Shown here: piece after piece, positions 1 to 8,357 of the stretch
How the letters are laid out: every line of letters starts with the position of its first letter
Position numbering within the stretch: the first letter of the stretch is position 1
DNA from: a virus
Lineage: Duplodnaviria; Caudoviricetes
Length of the DNA: 64,000 bases
Virus record (IMG/VR): IMGVR_UViG_3300031813_000013
Coordinates: 1-64,000 of that record
Reading direction: 5' to 3' (one strand)
Position numbers and translations under genes: made by a program
Notes under the pieces: generated by a model
Told to the model about the DNA's origin: nothing
Database searches by the model: none
The model's input: only the letters and a program-made list of their open reading frames with translations

Positions 1-746
1 ACTTCAACAGTCAAAGATGCTGGAACATCAACAGAAACTTCAGGTGCTGGTGCAGGAGCTGGTGCTGCTGCAACTGCTGCAGCGATTGCTGCTGTGGTTT
101 CTGGTGTTGGTGCAGTACCTGTAGCTGCTGTTACGACTGCTGCAACTGCTTGTGTTGCGGCTTCGGTCGCTTCAGGAGTTACTGCTGGTGCTGCGGCAAC
201 TGCTGCAACAACTGCTGCTGTAACGGCTTCAGGACTTGTAACTGTTTCTGCTGGTGCTGATGCAACCGCTGCAACTGCGGCAGTAACTGCTGCGGCCGCT
301 GTTGGTTCATCAACCGCTGGTGCTGCGGCTTGTGCTGTTGCTACGGCGGTAACAACTGCTGCTGCGGCAGGATCAGCTGCTGCTGGAGATGCGGCAACTA
401 CTGCTTCAACTGCTGCTTGTGCAGCTTCTGGTGTTGCTGCTGGTGCTGCAACAACTGCTGCAGCTGCGTCTGCCGCTGGAGCAGGTGCTGTTTCTGGTGC
501 AGGTGCTGGAGCGGCAATTGTTACTGAACCAGTAACTGCTGCACCTAATGCATTTCCAGATGTATCAACTGTTTGTGCTGTGATAGCAAATTCACCTGGT
601 CCAACATTCTCAAATGTTGCAACATAAGGTGCTGCGGTTAAAGTTTGGTCTGGTGCACCAGCCAAAGATACTTTGATACCTGCGGTTTGGGTACCGGCCG
701 GGAATTGTTGTTCTTGAGAAACAACGGTAACGACTACTGTAGACAT
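1..746 (-). CDS. Ala/Pro-rich hypothetical late protein, partial (3' end beyond window edge); possible capsid decoration protein
   Basis: Not in the ORF track. ATG at 746 with AAAGGAG Shine-Dalgarno; frame is open to position 3. Translation MSTVVVTVVSQEQQFPAGTQTAGIKVSLAGAPDQTLTAAPYVATFENVGPGEFAITAQTVD...(Ala/Pro-rich)...EVSVDVPASLTVE. Late promoter at 791-798. Confidence 0.85.
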   Translation of the reverse strand, partial: MSTVVVTVVSQEQQFPAGTQTAGIKVSLAGAPDQTLTAAPYVATFENVGPGEFAITAQTVDTSGNALGAAVTGSVTIAAPAPAPETAPAPAADAAAAVVAAPAATPEAAQAAVEAVVAASPAAADPAAAAVVTAVATAQAAAPAVDEPTAAAAVTAAVAAVASAPAETVTSPEAVTAAVVAAVAAAPAVTPEATEAATQAVAAVVTAATGTAPTPETTAAIAAAVAAAPAPAPAPEVSVDVPASLTVE

Positions 747-766
747 AATAACTCCTTTATAAAGTA

Positions 767-785
767 GTATGGAAAGTTTCCATAC
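767..785 (-). promoter_or_regulatory. 5' leader hairpin between late promoter and Shine-Dalgarno
   Basis: Perfect 8-bp inverted repeat GTATGGAA-act-TTCCATAC just downstream of the ATAAATA motif. Confidence 0.5.
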
Positions 786-790
786 CCAAT

Positions 791-798
791 TATTTATG
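791..798 (-). promoter_or_regulatory. T4-type late promoter (CATAAATA)
   Basis: Matches the TATAAATA consensus at 7/8; lies 45 nt upstream of the ATG at 746. Confidence 0.65.
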
Positions 799-838
799 TA
801 GGCTGAATATTTCGGAACGATGACAAAATGTAAAGACC

Positions 839-865
839 AAAAAAAGGGAACCGAAGTTCCCTTTT
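839..865 (-). terminator. Rho-independent terminator downstream of gp23
   Basis: Minus strand AAAAGGGAAC-TTCG-GTTCCCTTTTTTT: stem, C(UUCG)G tetraloop and U-tract, the typical T4-like terminator form. Confidence 0.9.
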
Positions 866-920
866 GAATTGTCACTCTTTTTGGTGACTTTACTATATTT
901 TTACATATAGTTTTAAACCA

Positions 921-2270
921 TCACATTAGGTTTTTAACTGCGAACAGTCTATAGTACACATTAGATTGTGCATCTAGACGGCCGTTACCAGCTGTTAGAC
1001 CTTCTGCAAATGGGTTTGCAACCATACCGTAACGGGTTTTGAAACCAATTTTTGGTTGGAATGTGAATTGGTCAACTGCACGAACCATTTGTAGAGGAAC
1101 GTATGGGCAGTAGAACAAGCCAGCGTCATAAGGTGAAGAACCTTTATAACCAACTGTAACCAATTCTTGGTTAGATGTGTAACCACCATAATATGGATCA
1201 ATGTACACTTTGATACGACCATGCAACATACCAGCAAATGTATTGCCTGTATCGTCAACTTGTAGGTCAGCTTGTAGAGATGGAGTGTAAGACAACACAC
1301 CAGCCATAGCCATAGCGGAAGCAACGTCTGAAGAAACAATCAGAACGTTACCTTTGCCTCTACGAGTTTGTTTTGCAATAACGTTAGCATCACGTTCGAT
1401 TTGGAAAATCAAACCTTTGAAACGTTCAACAGACCAACGACCGTTAGAGTCAGTATCTAAGTCGAAGTAACCAGCTGTTGTTGTACCGTATTGAGCACCG
1501 ATTTTAGCAGTTGTGTAAACTGTACGGATAACTTCACGGTTAATTTCAGCAAGAATTTCTGTAGACAGAATGTTAGACAATTCTGTTTCAGCGTCAAGAC
1601 CGTGAATTGCTTTCAAGTCTTGTGCTAGTTCTAGAGAATATTCAGCTTTCAATGCACGGCTAGCTGCTGTAACAGTAACTTTCTCAATAGAGAATGCCAT
1701 TTGTTGGAAAACAGAACCGTTGTCAGCACCCAAGAATTCAGCAATGCTTGTTGGCATAGCTGTACCGGTTGTAACAGTGTTAGCACCAGCAACTGCTGTT
1801 TGTGTGTTAGCTGTTGTGTCAGTAGCTGTTGAACCAGAGAATGCTTGTTGACCGCCATATGTGCCATAGTTAGCAGCAGATGTATTACCAGAGAAGATTG
1901 TGTTAGCTTCATTGTAGAAAGCTTCAGAACCTGTTTGGTTGTTGTAACGTGCACGCATTGCGAAGATAAGGCCTGTAGGACCAGTCATTGGTTGAACACC
2001 AGCGATATCATAAGCAATTAGGTTAGGCAATGAACGGCGAACCAAGCTAATCAAGATTGGGTCAAAGTTGCTGATACCAGAACCTGTAACGTTTGTTGGA
2101 CCGTTATCAGATGTTTCGTTCAAGGCCATACGGTCTTGACGCATTGCTTGTTGTTGGTTTTCCAATACCAAAGCAGTTACGCTTCTTTTGTATGGATCTT
2201 TAATAGCTTCTAGTTCTGGATGTTCCAAAACTGGTTGCCATTTTTTTTGTAGTTCTTCTGTCATAAACAT
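921..2270 (-). CDS. gp23: Major capsid protein
   Basis: Hallmarks DPILISLVRR, GVQPMTGPTGLIFAMR, SRALKAEYSLELAQDLKAIHGLDAETELSNIL, FQPKIGFKTRYG; AGGAG SD. Confidence 0.98.
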   Translation of the reverse strand: MFMTEELQKKWQPVLEHPELEAIKDPYKRSVTALVLENQQQAMRQDRMALNETSDNGPTNVTGSGISNFDPILISLVRRSLPNLIAYDIAGVQPMTGPTGLIFAMRARYNNQTGSEAFYNEANTIFSGNTSAANYGTYGGQQAFSGSTATDTTANTQTAVAGANTVTTGTAMPTSIAEFLGADNGSVFQQMAFSIEKVTVTAASRALKAEYSLELAQDLKAIHGLDAETELSNILSTEILAEINREVIRTVYTTAKIGAQYGTTTAGYFDLDTDSNGRWSVERFKGLIFQIERDANVIAKQTRRGKGNVLIVSSDVASAMAMAGVLSYTPSLQADLQVDDTGNTFAGMLHGRIKVYIDPYYGGYTSNQELVTVGYKGSSPYDAGLFYCPYVPLQMVRAVDQFTFQPKIGFKTRYGMVANPFAEGLTAGNGRLDAQSNVYYRLFAVKNLM

Positions 2271-2314
2271 GTGAATGTCTCCTATTTTTGTGAAACTGAT
2301 TTTTTATTTATAAT

Positions 2315-3565
2315 TTACATTCTTTTATTAAGAACGCTAACGACTTGTTCCATCAAAGGATCAACAGACTTGGTAGTTTGTTTTTCTTCTTCAATGTGGA
2401 CTTCATCATCTAAAGCAGAATTGTCTGCAACTTTTACATCAACTTGGAAGTAAGATTCAACCAATGTTGACAACTTTGCCGCAAATTCTTCTTCAGTAGT
2501 AAAATCCACACCCTCTGCGAGTGCTTTCAATTTTTCTACTTGAGTTTGCGATAGGCCTTCACACACTGCGTAGATAGCCTCAGATTTTTTATGTTCGTTT
2601 AATTCTTTAGACATTTCAACGCCACGGTTGATTTGTTCGTTAAGTTGCTCTTCCAATTCGGAAACTTTTTCTGCCATTTCAGCAACAACATCAACTTTGT
2701 CTTCAGGAATATCGATATAGTGTTCAACAAACACATTGCGTAGAGCACCAATAAAGTCTTCTGCGATTTCAGCACGTAGACCAGATTCTACTGCCAATTC
2801 GTTTTCTTTCATCCATTCTTCTGCCATGTAGTTTAGATAGTCATCAACTTTAGATGCCAAATCTTCTTTAACTTGTTCGATAGCAGAGTCAAATTGTTCA
2901 ACCAATTGTTGTTCAACTTGTTCAGCAATAGATTGAACACGTGCTGCAACAGCGGCTTCAAAAATGGTAGTTGCTTTAGCAGCAAATTCTTCTGATAGGT
3001 TTTCACCAGCCAACAATGCACGAACGTCATCAGACATGTCAATGCCTTCCATGTTAACGTGTTGTGCTTGTGAACCAGCTGTTTGTGAACCATCATAGTG
3101 TTGGAATGTAGCACCTTTGTTTGTACCAAATGTATTTGCTGGCAATTTGCCTGCGATACGGTCACGAATTTGGTCAATGTGATTAGCAGAACCAGCTGTA
3201 GTTGGATGCATAACATCTTTACGGCCCATTGTTTCTTGTGGTTGATTTTTTGGTTTAGAATAACCAACACCATCTTTTTCTGAACCAACTGGTGGAGTTG
3301 CACCAGGAGGAGTTGCACTTGGAGTACCTTTTAGGTAATCAGGCAATTCTTCATCGTTAACTTCTGGTGAATGACCTACAACACCAGCATCATGTTGACC
3401 ATATGCAGTTGCAGCTGGAAGTCTATCGTCACCGACTTCACCCTTTTTGTGGGCATCTTGACCACGTTGACCACGCTTTGCAGCAATGTTTGCGTCAAAG
3501 GTTTCTTTAGAACCTTCACCCAAAATTGCTTTAGCGGCTTCTGACAGATTGAATCTTTTTGACAT
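2315..3565 (-). CDS. gp22: Prohead core scaffolding protein with long N-terminal extension
   Basis: LSEEF...ATTIFEAAV, KVDDYLNYMAEEWMKENELAVESGLRAEIAEDF, FVEHYIDIPEDKVDV; lies between gp21 and gp23. Confidence 0.95.
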   Translation of the reverse strand: MSKRFNLSEAAKAILGEGSKETFDANIAAKRGQRGQDAHKKGEVGDDRLPAATAYGQHDAGVVGHSPEVNDEELPDYLKGTPSATPPGATPPVGSEKDGVGYSKPKNQPQETMGRKDVMHPTTAGSANHIDQIRDRIAGKLPANTFGTNKGATFQHYDGSQTAGSQAQHVNMEGIDMSDDVRALLAGENLSEEFAAKATTIFEAAVAARVQSIAEQVEQQLVEQFDSAIEQVKEDLASKVDDYLNYMAEEWMKENELAVESGLRAEIAEDFIGALRNVFVEHYIDIPEDKVDVVAEMAEKVSELEEQLNEQINRGVEMSKELNEHKKSEAIYAVCEGLSQTQVEKLKALAEGVDFTTEEEFAAKLSTLVESYFQVDVKVADNSALDDEVHIEEEKQTTKSVDPLMEQVVSVLNKRM

Positions 3566-3592
3566 TTAAAAATCTCCTTGATTTTATTTGAA

Positions 3593-3600
3593 TATTTATA
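3593..3600 (-). promoter_or_regulatory. T4-type late promoter (TATAAATA) for gp22
   Basis: Perfect consensus 28 nt upstream of the gp22 start. Confidence 0.85.
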
Positions 3601-3602
3601 GG

Positions 3603-4247
3603 TTATAGTTTTTTCATGAAGTTTTCAAATATGCGAAGACTTACTGCTTCAATATCCGCACGAGATGCCGACTTGATTTCTCTAATCGCTTGTGCGTGTT
3701 CTACTTCAGTCCAAACACCATTTACCAACATCCATTCTTTTCCTTCCATAATGCCTTGAACAAAAGCTCCAGGCGCAGAAGGGTCTGCTACAATATCCGC
3801 CGCTGTGGCTAGATAAAAGTCGGGTTGAACAATATTAACGCCGTTAACATTTTTCAATGATCCCATACCTCTTGAAGAAACACCCAATTGAGCGCCGCCT
3901 TCAATAAGTTGACGAGCAATTTGACCCATTGGTGTTTCCAAAATCTTTGCTTTACCGATCCATTGATTACCGTCTTCACGCAGACCAACAATCATGTGCG
4001 ATACACGGTCTAAGTTAATAGTTGGAGAATCTGGATGACCTAGTTCACCAAAAGCACGATGCTTGTTGATGTATTCTTCAGTATAACGATGAACTTCCTT
4101 TTTCATCGTGTTGTATTCGTATAGACGACCATTCTTATTTTTCTTTTCAGCAACAAGAAATGGACCTTCTATGTACAGTTCTTTTTTACCATCTGCACCT
4201 TCTGTCAGATAGTTGACTGTTTCGTTGATTTCTTTAATGAGTTTCAT
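3603..4247 (-). CDS. gp21: Prohead protease
   Basis: LYIEGPFLVAEKKNKNGRLY, GELGHP, INLDRVSH, GVSSRGMGS, DIVADPSAPGAFV. Confidence 0.97.
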   Translation of the reverse strand: MKLIKEINETVNYLTEGADGKKELYIEGPFLVAEKKNKNGRLYEYNTMKKEVHRYTEEYINKHRAFGELGHPDSPTINLDRVSHMIVGLREDGNQWIGKAKILETPMGQIARQLIEGGAQLGVSSRGMGSLKNVNGVNIVQPDFYLATAADIVADPSAPGAFVQGIMEGKEWMLVNGVWTEVEHAQAIREIKSASRADIEAVSLRIFENFMKKL

Positions 4248-4258
4248 TATTGTACCTA

Positions 4259-4774
4259 TTATGGTGTTACGTTGTATGGTCTATAGTTGAATGCAGCAGG
4301 ATCGTTAAATTGACCACGTTGATAGTATTCATTTTGTTTACGCAACTCAATAATTAATGTGTATGCACAATTTGCTACCAAACCAATGGTTTGAACACCG
4401 ATGTCACCAGTTGCACCAACTGCATTATTTGGAATAGAAACCATACCTTGGTCTTCTGAATATTCACCGCAAAGGTCCATATTCATGATAGGTACATTGT
4501 TTGCTGCACCGTTGCCAGTCCAAAACAATTCAACATAACCTTTTTGTTGTGATGCAATGTTGTAACCAATTCTAGTCACAGTTAGACCGTAATAAGACAA
4601 TGGTGTACCGTTTGGAATAACATTGTTATTACTTGTCAAAGCACCATATAGTGTGTTTGCTGCAATACGAGAAACGTTATATTCTTGACCAGAACCATCA
4701 AAATTGGCAGTCAGTTTGATAACTGCTTTTTCTGTAGTGTCTCTTAATACTTGATATGTGAAAATATTTGCCAT
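4259..4774 (-). CDS. Hypothetical virion-associated protein, paralog A
   Basis: 171-aa ORF with SD; paralogous to 4789-5394 (shared N-terminal FTYQ.LRD...VIKLT..FDGSGQE and C-terminal YQRGQFNDPAAFNY.PYN.TP). Confidence 0.8.
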   Translation of the reverse strand: MANIFTYQVLRDTTEKAVIKLTANFDGSGQEYNVSRIAANTLYGALTSNNNVIPNGTPLSYYGLTVTRIGYNIASQQKGYVELFWTGNGAANNVPIMNMDLCGEYSEDQGMVSIPNNAVGATGDIGVQTIGLVANCAYTLIIELRKQNEYYQRGQFNDPAAFNYRPYNVTP

Positions 4775-4788
4775 GTTTATTCCTAGTC

Positions 4789-5394
4789 TTACGGTGTAAG
4801 ATTGTAAGGCTTGTAGTTGAATGCTGCTGGGTCGTTGAACTGACCACGTTGGTACATAGCATTGTTTTTACGCAAAGAAATAATCAATGTATATGAACAG
4901 TTTGCTGCGGCACCTTGTGTGTAAACACCAATATCGCCGTTACCAACGTTAGCTGTGACGATATAGCCGTTAGCTAATGAACCAGAATTATTTGTAATGG
5001 ATGGCAACTGTTCACCTAAACCAAATTCACCAGAAGCATTTAAATGGAAAATTGTTGCTGAGTTTGCATATTGTGCCGCTGAAGTTGCACCGGCTCCGTT
5101 CCAGAAAATTTCAACAGAACCTTGAGAGTTAGCACTTGTACTTGTAAATGGCATGTTAACGTAGTATTTCAAACCAGTTAATTGCAAATCATAGTAAGAC
5201 AACGGAGTATTTGCAGAACCACCTTGATTATTTGCTACAAGAAAACCATTGGTCGCCAACGCATTTGAAAGTGAATTTGCTTGAATGCGTGTGTTATTAA
5301 TTTCTTGACCAGAACCATCAAACACTCCAGTTAACTTAATAACAGAGTCTGTTTGTGTATCTCTCAAAATTTGATATGTAAATTTGTTGGCCAT
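4789..5394 (-). CDS. Hypothetical virion-associated protein, paralog B
   Basis: 201-aa ORF, same motifs as 4259-4774, preceded by a late promoter. Confidence 0.8.
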   Translation of the reverse strand: MANKFTYQILRDTQTDSVIKLTGVFDGSGQEINNTRIQANSLSNALATNGFLVANNQGGSANTPLSYYDLQLTGLKYYVNMPFTSTSANSQGSVEIFWNGAGATSAAQYANSATIFHLNASGEFGLGEQLPSITNNSGSLANGYIVTANVGNGDIGVYTQGAAANCSYTLIISLRKNNAMYQRGQFNDPAAFNYKPYNLTP

Positions 5395-5420
5395 GGTTTT
5401 CTATTCTTTAAAATATTATC

Positions 5421-5428
5421 TATTTATG
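5421..5428 (-). promoter_or_regulatory. T4-type late promoter (CATAAATA)
   Basis: Intergenic, 27 nt upstream of the ATG at 5394. Confidence 0.7.
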
Positions 5429-5441
5429 ACTAAAAATACCA

Positions 5442-6032
5442 TCAATATTTTGAAGACATTCTGTGCATGTGTTTCATGTCATTGTGGTGCATAATCATGT
5501 TTGTGTGATGTTCCATGTGGTGATGCATACGAGATTCACCTTTAGCGTGGTGGTGCATCAAAGATGCTTCTTCGTGGCATTTTGCACATTTCTCATGGTA
5601 TTTTGGATCACGCATTTTTTCTGCTTCTTCAGACATTTTTGCTGCTCTTGCACTTGCTTCGTGAGCCTTGCTGGCGTGCATGTGGTATACATGAGTATGT
5701 TCTGTTAAAGAATCAGCACTTTCTTTCATGCTGTGTTTAGCCATTTCTTTCTTCATCATCTTCATCTTAGACTTCATTTTTTCTTCTTCGTCTTCTTCTT
5801 CACTCATGCCGTGCTTTGGCTTTTCTTCTTCTTTTTTCATGTGCCATTTTTCTTCTTCTTTTTTCATTTTCTTATCTGGCATCATTTCTTCTTGGTTCAA
5901 CAAACCTTGAGCAATTTCTTGTTTCTTTGCTTCAATGTGTGCTGATACACGGTCGTGAATTGCTGCATATAATTCTGCTCTGAAATTAACTGCATCATCT
6001 TGTGCTGCGTAATCTATTAGGTCTCTTGACAT
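5442..6032 (-). CDS. gp67-like prohead core protein with Lys/Glu/Met-rich middle and His-rich C-terminus
   Basis: Directly downstream of portal, where T4 has gene 67. N-terminal helical LIDY...FRAELYAAIHDRVSAHIEAKKQEIAQGLL resembles gp67-type proteins; strong AGGAGG SD. Confidence 0.65.
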   Translation of the reverse strand: MSRDLIDYAAQDDAVNFRAELYAAIHDRVSAHIEAKKQEIAQGLLNQEEMMPDKKMKKEEEKWHMKKEEEKPKHGMSEEEDEEEKMKSKMKMMKKEMAKHSMKESADSLTEHTHVYHMHASKAHEASARAAKMSEEAEKMRDPKYHEKCAKCHEEASLMHHHAKGESRMHHHMEHHTNMIMHHNDMKHMHRMSSKY

Positions 6033-6049
6033 AGTTTCCTCCTGGTGTT

Positions 6050-6057
6050 TATTTATT
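6050..6057 (-). promoter_or_regulatory. T4-type late promoter (AATAAATA)
   Basis: Overlaps the portal stop codon, 18 nt upstream of the ATG at 6032. Confidence 0.6.
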
Positions 6058-7687
6058 AATTAGCCTTAGCTGGATTCTTTTCTTTGCTTTGGTCCAGTTT
6101 AATGTCCAAATCATTTTGGTGTTCTGCACCATCCATTTGGATTTGTGATAACATCTGTTGTTGTGCAACATCATTTGTAACTTGAACTGGTAAACCAATG
6201 CCTGCTTCTTTTTCTTCTTCAATTTCTGATTGCATAACTTTGATTTCATCGTCATTCAATCTCAATACATTACGTTGAATCCATGCTTGTGAGAAATAAC
6301 GACCAGTATATGGGTCAACTGATTGCAACAACTGCAATCTTTGTGTCATTAGTTCAGCATCTTTAAGTTCACTGAAATTATTGTCTTTAATGAAGTTATA
6401 ATGAATGTGTTCTTTAAATTCTTTCCATTCGGCATCGGTACAAATACCTTTGAGTACCAATTGAACTCTTAATGCTTGGTGGAACAAATCAGAGAATTTG
6501 GTTCTCATGCGAGAAACAAACTTAGCAAACTTCAATTCATCTCTTGTGATTTCACCAACACGGCCTAAAGAGAATCCGGATTGGTTAGGATCAAGTCTGG
6601 AGACTGGAACGTTCAAAGACTTATACAGTTTCTTCTCAAAGTATTTAACGTCTTCCAACTCACCTAGGTTCTGTCCACCTGGTAGTGTAGTAATCTCTGT
6701 ACCTTTGCCGCCTTCTCTACGTGGTAACCAGAAGTCTTCCATCATGGATAAGAACTTACGGTCATCACGGACTTCACCTGTGTTTGCATCATAGACAAGT
6801 TTGTTTTTATACTTGACCATAATGTCACGTAGGTATTGTTCTGCTTTCAATTTAGGCAAATTACCAACGTCAATATAGAAAATTCTACGTTCTGGTGCAC
6901 GGGAGATACGATAGATGACTGTCGCATCTTCAATCATACGCAACTGATTCAATGGCTTAATTGCTTTGTGCAAGTAAGATAATACAACCGCACGGCGACT
7001 ATCCATAAGTCCAGAAACCACAGAAATAACAGAATCGGTAGTAATTCTGGTACCAACTGGTCCATAATTAGTTGAAGAACCTGTGGTAACTTTGTCATTG
7101 TAGATGTAATATTCATTAACAACATTCATTACCTCTACGCCGGTGCGTTCATCTTTTTGCTTTTTGATTTCACGAATCTTACGCATCTTACGTGGATCAA
7201 CGTATCTCAACTCTTTGATACCGGCCGTTGGGTTTTCTTTGTCTACAATAATGTGGTAATACAACTTACCATCAATGTAATATCTGCGGAAGATATCTTG
7301 TGCCATGTTGGTGTAGTTCAACATACGCAAAATTGTATGAAACTCAGCTTTTATTGCTTTTTTAATCTTGTCTGATACATTTAAATCATCAAGAATAATT
7401 TCTATGTTCTTGCCATCATCGTCTTGACAGATAGCTTCATTAACAATATCGTCAATAGCTGATTCAATCTCAGGTTGCATTGCCATTTCACGGTAACGAG
7501 ATATAAGTTCTACCTCATTTTTTGCAGTACCGTCTAAGTCAACATATGTGCCATAATAGGCAGCGGAAGTAATCGTTAAAGCACCATCATCACTGGACGG
7601 TGGGCTAAACGATTGCTGTGTGGTTTGGTTTTCTTCTTCCTCTTTGCGAGAAATTGTAAAGCCAAATAGACTAAACTTTTGTGCCAT
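6056..7687 (-). CDS. gp20: Portal vertex protein
   Basis: LISRYREMAMQPEIESAIDDIVNE, QLRMIEDATVIYRISRAPERRIFYIDVGNLPK, EDFWLPRREGGKGTEITTLPGG. Confidence 0.98.
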   Translation of the reverse strand: MAQKFSLFGFTISRKEEEENQTTQQSFSPPSSDDGALTITSAAYYGTYVDLDGTAKNEVELISRYREMAMQPEIESAIDDIVNEAICQDDDGKNIEIILDDLNVSDKIKKAIKAEFHTILRMLNYTNMAQDIFRRYYIDGKLYYHIIVDKENPTAGIKELRYVDPRKMRKIREIKKQKDERTGVEVMNVVNEYYIYNDKVTTGSSTNYGPVGTRITTDSVISVVSGLMDSRRAVVLSYLHKAIKPLNQLRMIEDATVIYRISRAPERRIFYIDVGNLPKLKAEQYLRDIMVKYKNKLVYDANTGEVRDDRKFLSMMEDFWLPRREGGKGTEITTLPGGQNLGELEDVKYFEKKLYKSLNVPVSRLDPNQSGFSLGRVGEITRDELKFAKFVSRMRTKFSDLFHQALRVQLVLKGICTDAEWKEFKEHIHYNFIKDNNFSELKDAELMTQRLQLLQSVDPYTGRYFSQAWIQRNVLRLNDDEIKVMQSEIEEEKEAGIGLPVQVTNDVAQQQMLSQIQMDGAEHQNDLDIKLDQSKEKNPAKAN

Positions 7688-7717
7688 GTTTTTCCTGGTT
7701 ACATTTCAAATAATCAT

Positions 7718-7743
7718 AAAAGAGAGGACCGAAGCCCTCTCTT
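7718..7743 (-). terminator. Rho-independent terminator downstream of gp19
   Basis: Minus strand AAGAGAGGGC-TTCG-GTCCTCTCTTTT: CUUCGG tetraloop hairpin followed by U residues. Confidence 0.85.
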
Positions 7744-7759
7744 ATGTATACAACAAAAA

Positions 7760-8329
7760 TTAATTTGTTGTGTTGCTTGTCCAGTATTGGTAAGCAAATG
7801 TAACCGTGAATTCTTCAACGGTGTCATTTGTGCCCCAATCTAGGTCAATTGGTGATAGGTCAACTGGGAACATACCAACAAAATTGTATGACTTGATGAT
7901 GCCATTGTTTCCTGCTGTTGCTTGCTTACTATATTGGTTTACAGTAGCATTGATAGCATATGGTTGACCACCAGAACCACCACCAGTAACAACTTGTGAA
8001 GGTGCTCTTACGTTACCTGCGTTGCTATTGATAGCATTCATCCATGCTTCAACTGAATTACGAACGCTGAAGTTTTCATCGTTGATAATTGTTACTGTCC
8101 AATCTGCAAATGTTCTGTTACCAGCAAACTTAGTCTCACGACCAAAGTAATACAAAGGTACAGTACCAATTGTTGAACCAGGTAGTTGACCAGCTTTACA
8201 CAAGAAAGAGAAAGGTTGACCAGATTGGCCAACCCCGTTTGGTAAACCAGTCATTTGAACCTGGAACAAATTTGGACGTGCGCCGTCATTTTGCAACGCA
8301 CTTGTAAATTCGCTAATTTGAAAAGCCAT
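7760..8329 (-). CDS. gp19: Tail tube protein
   Basis: GARPNLFQV, FLCKAGQLPGSTIG, GRETKFAGNRTFADWTVTIINDENF, EEFTVTFAYQYW. Confidence 0.96.
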   Translation of the reverse strand: MAFQISEFTSALQNDGARPNLFQVQMTGLPNGVGQSGQPFSFLCKAGQLPGSTIGTVPLYYFGRETKFAGNRTFADWTVTIINDENFSVRNSVEAWMNAINSNAGNVRAPSQVVTGGGSGGQPYAINATVNQYSKQATAGNNGIIKSYNFVGMFPVDLSPIDLDWGTNDTVEEFTVTFAYQYWTSNTTN

Positions 8330-8349
8330 TTTATTCTCCTATTTGTTCT

Positions 8350-8357
8350 TATTTATT
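8350..8357 (-). promoter_or_regulatory. T4-type late promoter (AATAAATA) for gp19
   Basis: At the gp18 stop, 21 nt upstream of the gp19 start. Confidence 0.65.

Noticed and set aside
94-627. Plus-strand 177-aa Ala-rich ORF (and 330-527 Cys-rich ORF) in the track
   Set aside because: Antisense shadows of the real minus-strand gene starting at 746, which has the SD, late promoter and operon orientation.
871-888. Second small hairpin (GTCAC...GTGAC) after gp23
   Set aside because: Only a 5-bp stem with no U-tract; could be chance.
5575-5600. CxxCH (CAKCH) haem-c motif in the gp67-like protein
   Set aside because: No signal peptide, and the protein is cytoplasmic or head-internal, while c-type haem attachment is extracytoplasmic. 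Kept only as a possible metal ligand.
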